Part shown: positions 55,601 through 64,000 of the stretch, piece by piece
Layout: every line of letters starts with the position of its first letter
How positions within the stretch are numbered: position 1 is the first letter of the stretch
Assembly: GCA_026770705.1 (NCBI GenBank)
Contig: JANJGN010000006.1
Span: 52,328,001 to 52,392,000 of the forward strand
Source of the DNA: Isurus oxyrinchus
Lineage: Eukaryota
Reading direction: 5' to 3'
Length of the DNA stretch: 64,000 bases
Translations under genes and position numbers: made by a program
The notes under the pieces: model-generated
The model's database searches: none
Seen by the model: the letters and a program-made list of their open reading frames with translations, nothing else
Told to the model about the DNA's origin: nothing

Positions 55601-58600
55601 AGAGTGAATCTGTGTTTGCTAGTGAGGATGACTGTGAGCCTGAGTTTGAGAGTGAGTCTGAGAGTGAATCTGGGCTTTAAACTGAGTCTGAGACTGAAAA
55701 TGAGTTTGATATTGAGTCTGATAGTCAATCTGAGCCTCATAGTCAGTCGGAGGATGACTCTGAATGTGATAGAGAGTCTAAGAATGACCATGCCTCTCAT
55801 GTTTTGTCTGACAGTGAATGTTTGATTGATAGTGTGCCTAAGAGTAAATCTGTCTGACAGTGAACCTGACAGAGAATCTGATTTGATAGTGAGTTTGAGA
55901 GTGAATCTGAGTTTGATAGTGAGTCTGAGAGTGTATCTGCGTTTGATAGTGAGTCTAAGAGTGAATGTGATTTGATAGTGAGTCTGAGAGTGAATCTGAG
56001 ATTGATAGTGAGTCTGAGAGTGTATCTGAGTTTGATAGTGTGCCTGGCAGTGCATATGAGCCAGAGAGTGAGTCTGAGGCTGCAGCTGAGTCTCAAATTG
56101 AATCTATGAATAAATCTCAGTTTGATGCTGAGCCAGAGACTGAATCTGACTTTGATAATGATTCTGAGAGTGAATATGAGTTCAATAGTGAATCTGACAG
56201 ATAACCTGAATCTGATAGTGAGCCTGAGAGTGAATAAGAGTTTGATAGTGAGTCTTAAGGTGAATTTAAGTTTGATAGTGAATCTGAGAGTGAATCAGAG
56301 ATCAGTAGTGAATCGGACAGAGAATCCGAGTTTGTTAGTGAATCTGGCAGTGAATCTGAGTTTGATAGAGATCTTGAGAGTAAATGTGATTTAGATAGTG
56401 TGACTGAAAGTTAAGATGATTTCAATAGTATGCCTGAGAGTGAATCTGAGTTTGATAGCGAGCCTAAGAGTGAATCTAATTCTGGTATTGATTCTATGAG
56501 TGAATCAAAGTTTCATAGTGAGCATGAGCGTGAATCTGAGTAAGATCGTAAGCCTGACAGTGAATCTGAGTTTGATAGCAAGTCTGAGAGTGAATCTGAG
56601 TATGATAGTGCATTTGAGTGAATCTCATTTCACTCGTGAGTCTAAGAGTGACTCTGAGTTTGATAGAGAGTCTAAGAGTGAACATGCTCCTCATATGATG
56701 TCTGACATTGAATGTTTGATTGCTAATGAGTCTGAGATTTAATTTGAGTGTGACTGTGAGTCTGACAGAGAATCTGATTTGCTGGTGAGTCTGAAAGTGA
56801 TTCTGAGTTTGACAGTGTGTCTGAGAGTGAATCTGTGTCTGATTGTTAGTCTGACAGTGAAGTGAGTCTGAGTCTGATATTGAGCCTATGAGTAAATCTC
56901 AGTTTGACACTGAGTCTGAGACTGAATCTGATTTTGATAATGATTCTGAGAGTGAATATGAGTTCAATAATGAATCTGTCAGATAATCTGAACCTGACAG
57001 TGAGCCAGCGAGTGAATGTAAGTTTGATTGTGATTCTGAGAACAAATCGGTTTTATAGTGAGTCTAAGATTAAATGTGAGTTTGATAGTGAGTATGAGAG
57101 TGAATGAAGTTTGATAGTGAGTCTGAGAGTGAAACAAAGTTTGACCTTGAGTCTGAGAGTGAATCCGAGTTTGATACTGAGACTGATAGCGAATCTGATT
57201 CTGATAATGATCCTGAGAGTTAATCTGGGCTTGGTAGTGAGTCTGAGAGTAAATCTGAGACTGTTAGTGACTCTGAGGCAGAATCCCATTTTGATAGCAT
57301 GCTTCAGACTTAGTCTGAGTTGATAGCATGCCTGAGAGTGAATCTGATTTTGATAGTGTGCCTGAGAGTGAATCTGATTTTAATAGTGAATCTGAAAGTG
57401 ATCCTGAGTTTGATAGTGTGTTTGAGAGTGAGCGAGTCATTGATTGTGAGCTTGAGCTTGAATCTGAATCTGACAGTGTGACTAAGAGTGAATCTCATTT
57501 TGATATAGAGACTGAGATTGATTCTGAGTTTGATAGTGAGTCTGAGAGTGAACCTATGCCTGATAATCGGTCTGAATGAATCTGAGTTTGATAGTGTGTC
57601 TGAAAGTGAATCTGAGACTGAATGTGAGTTTGAGTGAATCTGAGACTGAAAGTGAGTCTGAAAGTGAATGGGAGTTTCAAAATGTGTCTGAGACTGAATT
57701 TGAGTTTGATGGTGAGTTTGAGAATCAATCTGAGTCTCATAGTCAGCCTGAGAGTGATTCTGATTTCAATAGAGAGTGAAAGAGTGACTCCGCCTTCACA
57801 TTGTGTCTGACAGTGAATGACTGTTTGATAGTGCATCAGAGAGTGAATCAGAGTTTGATATTGGGCCTGAAAGTTAAACAGTGTTTGACTGTGAGCTTGA
57901 GATTGAATCTGAGTTTGATAGTGTGACTAAGACTGAATCTCATTTTGACATAGAGACTGAGATTTAATCTGAGTTTGATAATAAGACCGAAAGTAAGTCT
58001 GTTCTTGAAAGTCAGCCTGAGAATGAACCTGAGCCCAATAATCAATCTGAACGAATCTGAGTTTGTTAGTGAGTCTGAGAGTGAATCAGAGACAGAGCCA
58101 GACTCTCAATGAAGCCGAGACAGAAAGTGAGTCTGAGTGAATGGGAGTTTCAAAGTGTGCCTGAGACTGAATTTGAGTTTCACAACAGGTTTGAGAGTCA
58201 GTCTGAGTCTCATAGTTAGTCTGAGAGTTTGCTAGTGAGGATGACTGTGAGCATGAGTTTGAGAGTGAGCCTGAGAGTGAATCTGAGACTGAATGTCAAT
58301 CTGAGTGAACCAGAGACTAAAAATGAGTCTGAGAGTGAATCTGGGCTTTAAACTAAGTCTGAGACTGAATTTGAGTTTGATATTGAGTCTGAGAGTCAAT
58401 CTGAGCCTCATAGTCGGTCTGGGGATGACTCTGAATGTGATAGAGAGCCTAAGAGTGACCATGCTTCTCATATTATGTCTGGCTGTGAATGTTTGATTGA
58501 TAGTGTGCCTGAGAGTAAATCTGTCTGACAGTGAACCTGACAGAGAATCTGATTTGATATTGAGTTTGAGATGAATCTGAGTTTGATAGTGAGTCTGATT

Positions 58601-58700
58601 GTGTATCTGCGTTTGATAGTGAGTCTAAGAGTGAATCTGATTTGATAGTGAGTCTGACAGTGAACCTGAGATTGATAGTGAGTCTGAGAGTGAAGCAAAG
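51400..58700 (+). repeat. Higher-order repeat, unit ~2616-2645 bp, ~2.7 copies (overlaps and shares modules with the 1675-bp repeat)
   Basis: Homologous ORFs occur at 52067/54712/57328, 53504/56122, 53882/56500 and 54287/56904. Confidence 0.85.
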
Positions 58701-60295
58701 TTTGACCTGGAGTCTGAGAGTGAATCCGAGTTTGATATTGAGACTGATAGTGAATCTGATTCTGATAGTGATCCTGAGAGTCAATCTGGGCTTGGTAGTG
58801 AGTCTGAGAGTAAATCTGAGACTGTTAGTGACTCTGAGGCTGAATCCCATTTTGATTGCATGCTTCAGAGTTAGTCTGAGTTGATAGCATGCCTGAGAGT
58901 GAATCTGATTTTGATAGTGTGCATGAGAGTGAATCTGATTTTAATAGTGAATCTGAAAGTGATCCTGAGTTTGATAGTGTGTTTGAGAGTGAGCGAGTCA
59001 TTGATTGTGAGCTTGAGCTTGAATCTGAATCTGACAGTGTGACTAAGAGTGAATCTCATTTTGATATAGAGACTGAGATTGATTCTGAGTTTGATAGTGA
59101 GTGTGAGAGTGAACCTCGGCTTGATAATCAGTCTGAATGAATCTGAGTTTGATAGTGTGTCTGAAAGTGAATCTGAGACTGAATGTGAGTTTGAGTGAAT
59201 CTGAGACCAGAAGTGAGTCTGAAAGTGAATGGGAGTTTCAAAATGTGTCTGAGACTGAATTTGAGTTTGATGGTGAGTTTGAGAATCAATCTGAGTCTCA
59301 TAGTCAGCCTGAGAGTGACACTGAGTTCGATAGAGAGTGAAAGAGTGACTCCACCTCTCACATTGTGTCTGACGGTGAATGACTGTTTGATAGTGCATCA
59401 GAGAGTGAATCAGAGTTTGATATTGGGCCTGAAAGTTAAACAGTGTTTGATTGTGAGCTTGAGATTGAATCTGAGTTTGATAGTATGACTAAGACTGAAT
59501 CTCGTTGTGCTATAGGGACTGAGATTTAATCTGAGTTTGATAATGAGTCCGAAAGTAAGTCTGTTCTTGAATATCAGCCTGAGAATGAACCTGAGCCCAA
59601 TAATCAATCTGAAGGTAACTGAGTTTGTTAGTGAGTCTGAGAGTGAATCAGAGACAGAGCCTGAGTCTCAATGAAGCCGAGACAGAAAGTGAGTCTGAGT
59701 GAATGGGAGTTTCAAAGTGTGCCTGAGACTGAATTTGAGTTTCATAATAAGTTTAAGAGTCAGTCTGAGTCTCATAGTTAGTCTGAGAGTGAATCTGTGT
59801 TTGCTAGTGAGGATGACTGTGAGCCTGAGTTTGAGAGTGAGTCTGAGAGTGAATATGGGCTTTAAATTGAGTCTGAAACTGAATATGAGTTTGATAGTGA
59901 GTCTGAGAGTCAATCTGAGCCTCATAGTCAGTCGGAGGATGACTCTGAATGTGATAGAGAGTCTAAGAGTGACCATGCCTCTCATGTTTTGTCTGGCAGT
60001 GAATGTTTGATTGATAGTGTGCCTAAGAGTAAATCTGTCTGACAGTGAACCTGACAGAGAATCTGATTTGATAGTGAGTTTGAGAGTGAATCTGAGTTTG
60101 ATAGTGAGTCTGAGAGTGTATCTGCGTTTGATAGTGAGTCTAAGAGTGAATGTGATTTGATAGTGAGTCTGAGAGTGAATCTGAGATTGATAGTGAGTCT
60201 GAGAGTGTATCTGAGTTTGATAGTGTGCCTGGCAGTGCATGTGAGCCAGAGAGTGAGTCTGAGGCTGCAGCTGAGTCTCAAATTGAATCTATGAA
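58690..60295 (+). repeat. Further ~1.6-kb copy, closest overall to ~54520-56110 (offset ~4180)
   Basis: ORF pairs 54712/58889, 55225/59410 and 55483/59668. The variants GTTGTGCTATAGGGAC and CTTGAATATCAGCC are shared. Confidence 0.85.
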
Positions 60296-63200
60296 TCTGA
60301 GACTGAAAGTCAATCTGAGTGAACCAGAGACTGAAAGTGAGTCTGAGAGTGAATCTGGGCTTTAAACTAAGTCTGAGACTGAATTTGAGTTTGATATTGA
60401 GTCTGAGAGTCATTCTGAGCCTCATAGTCAGTCTGAGGATGCCTTTGAATGTGATAGAGAGTCTAAGAGTGACCATGCCTCTCATGTTATGTCTGACTGT
60501 GAATGTTTGATTGATAGTGTGCCTGAGAGTAAATCTGCCTGACAGCGAACCTGGCAGAGAATCTGATTTGATATTGAGTTTGAGAGTGAATCTGAGTTTG
60601 ATAGTGAGTCTGAGAGTGTATCTGCGTTTGATAGTGAGTCTAAGAGTGAATGTGATTTGATAGTGAGTCTGAGAGTGAATCTGAGATTGATAGTGAGTCT
60701 GATTTGATAGTGCATCTGACAGTGAATCAGAGTTTTATCGTGTGTCTGAGTGTGAAATAGAGTTTGACCTTGAGTCTGCGAGTGAATCCAAGTTTAATAT
60801 TGAGATTGATAGTGAATCTGAATCTGATACTGAACCTGACAGAGAATCTGATTTGATAGTGAGTCTGAGAGTGAGTCTGAGATTGATTGTAAATCTGAGA
60901 ATGAATCTGAGATCGATATTGAGTCTGCGAGTCAAGCTGAGTCTCTTAGACTCAGTGAATCTCAGTTCGATATAGTCTGAGATTAAATCTGAGTTTGATA
61001 GTGAATCTGAGAGTGAATCATAGCTTGATTGTGAATCTGACAGTGGATCTGAGTTTGATAGTGAGCATGAGAGTGAATCAGAGACTTTAGTTATTTTTGG
61101 AGTGAATCTGAGTTTGATAGGGATTCTCAGAGTGAATCTTTGTTTGAAAGTGAGCCTGAATGTGCATCTTGACTTTGACAGTGAGTATGAGTGTGAATGT
61201 GAGTTTGAGAGTGAGTCCAGGAGTGAACCTGAGCTTGATAGTAAGGCTGAGAATGAATCTGGTTTTGATAGAGTCTGAGAGTGAACATGTGTTTTATAGT
61301 ATGTCTGGCAGCGAATCTGATCAGATAGTGAGTCTCTGAGTGAATCTGAGTTTGATAGCATGTCTGAGACTGACTCTATATTTGATAGTGAGTCTGACAG
61401 TTAATGTGAGCCTGATCGTAAGGCTTAGAATGAATCTGAGTCTGAAATTGATTCTACGAGTAAATCTGAGTTCAGCACTGAGCCTGAGAGTGGTTCTGAA
61501 TTTGATAATGATAGTGAGTCTGAAAGTGAATCTGTGTTTGACAATGTGTCTGGCAGAGAACCTCCGTTTGATAGTGAGTCTGTGAGTGAATATGAGTATG
61601 ACTTTGACTCTGAGGCAGAATCACATTTTGATAGTGTGCTTCACATTTAGTCTGAGTTTGATAGCATGCCTGAAGGTGAATCTGATTTTGATAGTGAGTC
61701 TTGAAGTGACTCTGATTTTGATAGTGAACAGTATTTAGTCATGAGTTTGTGATTGAACTTGTGTCCGATTGTGTGACTAAGAGTGAAACTCATTTCATTA
61801 TAGTGACTGTGATTTAATCCGAGTTTGATAGTGAACCTGAGTGAGTCTGTGTTAGTCAGTCTGAAAGTGAACCTGAGCCTGATAATCAGCCTGAATGAAT
61901 CTGAGTTTGATAATGAGCCTGATAATGAATCAGAGGCTGAAGTTGTATCTGAAGGTGAATCTCAGACCAAATGTGAGTCTGAGTGAATCTGAGTCTCATA
62001 GTCAGCCTGAGAGTGACTCTGAGTTTCACAGAGAGTCTAAGAGTGACCCTACCTCTCATATTGTGTCTGACAGTGAATGTCTGATTAATATTGAGTCTGA
62101 AAGTGAAGCTGAGTTTGATGTTGAGTGTGCGAGTGAATCGGAGTTTGACAGTGAGGCTGACTGAGTCAAATTCTGAGAGAGAGTCTGAGAGTGACTCTGA
62201 GTTTGATAGTGAACCTTTGAGTGAATCTGAGTCTGATAGGGACTCTGAGACTATCTTTTTGATAGTGAACTTGCAAGTTAGTCTGTGTTTGATAGTGTGC
62301 CTAAGGCTGAATCTGAATTCAAAACTGAGTCTGAGAGTGAATCTGATTGTGATAAAGTCTGAGTGTGAATCTGAGTTTGATAATGAATCTGAGACTAAAT
62401 CAAAGCTTGATGGTGAATCTGACAGTGGACCTGAGTTTGATAGTGAGCCTGAGAGTTAATCAGAGTCTGATCGTAAGTTTGGGAGAGAACCTGAGTTTGA
62501 TAGTTAATGTCAGAGTGAATCTGTGCTTGGAAGTGAGCCTGAAAGTGGAAGGGAGTTTCAAAGTATGTCTGAGACTGAATTTGAGTTCAATAGAGAGTTT
62601 GAGAGTCAATCTGAGCCTCATAGCCGGCCTGATTGACTCTGAGTATGATGGAGAGTCTCAGAGTAACCCCACCTCTCATATTGTGCCTGACAGTGAATGT
62701 CTGATTGATAGCGAGCCTGAGAGTGAATATGAGTTTGATAGTGAGTCTTCTGATGAAATTAAGTTTGGTAATGAGTCTGACAGTGAAACTGAGCTTGAGC
62801 TTGAGTCTGACAGTGAATCTGAGTTTGATAGTGAGACTGATAGTGAATCTGATTCCGATAGTGATCCTGAGAGTCAGCCTGGGTTTGACAGTACGTCTGA
62901 GAGTAAATCTGAGTCTGATAGTGACTCTGAGGTGGAAACTCATTTTGATAGTGTGCTTCAGAGTTAATCTGAGTTTGATAGTGAGTCTGAGAGAGAATCT
63001 GAGACTGAAAGTGAGTCTGAGTGAACCTGAGACTAAACATGAGTCTAATTGTGAATGTGAGTTTCAAAGTGTATCAGAGACTGAATTTGAGTTTGATAGT
63101 GAGTCTGAGAGTCAATCTGAGTCTCATAGCCAGTCTGAGGATGAATCTCAGTTTGATAGATAGTGTCCTCCTGTCATAATGTGTCTGATAGTAAATGTAT

Positions 63201-64000
63201 GACGATAGTGAGTCTGAGAGTTAATCGGAGTTTGATAGTGAGGCTGACTGAGTCTGAGTTTGAGAGTGATTCTGAGAGTGAACCTCAGTTTGCTAGTGAA
63301 TCTGATAGTGACTCTGAGATTGATAGTGGGCCTTTGAGTGAATCTGAGTCTGATTGCAACTCTGAGATAGAATCTTCTATTGATAGCAAGCTTGAGAGTT
63401 AGCCTGAGTTTGATGGTGTGACTGAGAGGCAATCTGATTTCGATAGAGTATGAGAGTGAATTTGAGTTTGATATTGAACCTGAGAGTAAATCAGAGTCTT
63501 ATGGTTATTTTTGGAGTGAATCTGAGTTTGACAGTGAGTCTGAGGATGAATGTGGGTGTTATAGTAAGTCTGAGAGTGAACCTGAGTTTCATTGTGAGTC
63601 TGAGAGTAAACCTGATGCTCATAGTGAGCCTATGAGTGAACCAGAGTTTGATAGTAAGTCTGAGAGTGAATGTGAGTTTGATAATGAGTCTGGGAATGAA
63701 TATGAGTTTGATTGTGAGTCTGAAAGTGAGTCTGGGAGTGAGTCAGAGACTGAAAGTGGGTCTGAGTGAATCTGATACTGAAAGTGAAACTGAGAGTGAA
63801 TGTCAGTTTTAAAGTGTATCTGAGACTCAATTTGAGTTTGATAGTAAGTCTGAGAGTCCACCTGAGTCTCATAATCAGTCTGAGAGTGACTCTGAGTTTG
63901 ATTGAGAGTCTCTCCCTCTCATATTGTGTATGATAGTGAATGTCTGATAGATAATGAGTCTATCAGTGAATTTGAGTTTGATATTGAATATGTGAGTGAA

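Larger units (their letters stand above)
1..64000 (+). repeat. Degenerate satellite array; hexamer register GANNNT, 30-bp consensus GAGAGTGAATCTGAGTTTGATAGTGAGTCT; runs off both window ends
   Basis: The consensus, or close variants, recurs throughout (e.g. 5568-5597 region, 9965-9994, 14905-14964). TGA recurs about every 6 bp. Consensus composition is G10 T10 A8 C2. The orientation is uniform except for the islands listed below. Confidence 0.98.

Noticed and set aside
38-63872. Hundreds of ORFs (LIVSLRVNLS-, ESESEFDS-, KLRFTLRLTI-, QTQIHSQTHY- and SNSDSLSDSL-type)
   Set aside because: They are the five stop-free phases of the 30-bp repeat. They overlap on both strands, switch phase at indels, mostly start at GTG/TTG, and contain no domain.
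1-64000. CRISPR array (30-bp repeat)
   Set aside because: The units are contiguous with no unique spacers, there are no cas genes, and the embedded elements are eukaryotic.
1-64000. Dense GANTC sites as a bacterial CcrM methylation array, or a telomeric repeat
   Set aside because: GAATC and GAGTC are simply part of the monomer, and nothing else in the window looks bacterial. There are no TTAGGG-type tracts.

Overview
About 98% of this 64-kb window is one continuous, degenerate, eukaryotic-type tandem repeat (satellite). It is built on a GANNNT hexamer register, with 30-bp consensus GAGAGT-GAATCT-GAGTTT-GATAGT-GAGTCT, and the + strand is strongly C-poor. Superimposed on it are younger higher-order duplications of about 120, 210, 402, 593, 1366, 1840-1860, 1675 and 2620-2645 bp. 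Almost all ORFs in the track are artefacts, because five of the six frames of the consensus have no stop codon. I see no intact protein-coding gene, tRNA, rRNA or CRISPR array. The non-satellite or inverted islands are: (i) a 189-bp Ty3/Gypsy integrase H2C2-region fragment on the minus strand, present three times inside a 1366-bp higher-order unit; (ii) a 50-bp inverted piece of the satellite itself, present twice; (iii) a ~620-bp decayed Penelope-like (GIY-YIG) retroelement fragment; and (iv) a 189-bp insertion with an 11-bp target-site duplication, a 54-bp inverted repeat and the 3' half of a minimal hammerhead-ribozyme motif, probably derived from a Penelope pseudo-LTR. From memory these elements resemble cartilaginous-fish repeats, but this is unverified. 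The most interesting points are the codon-like (Glu/Asp-Ser) design of the satellite, the apparent repair-type capture of retroelement fragments, and the mosaic history of the higher-order repeats.
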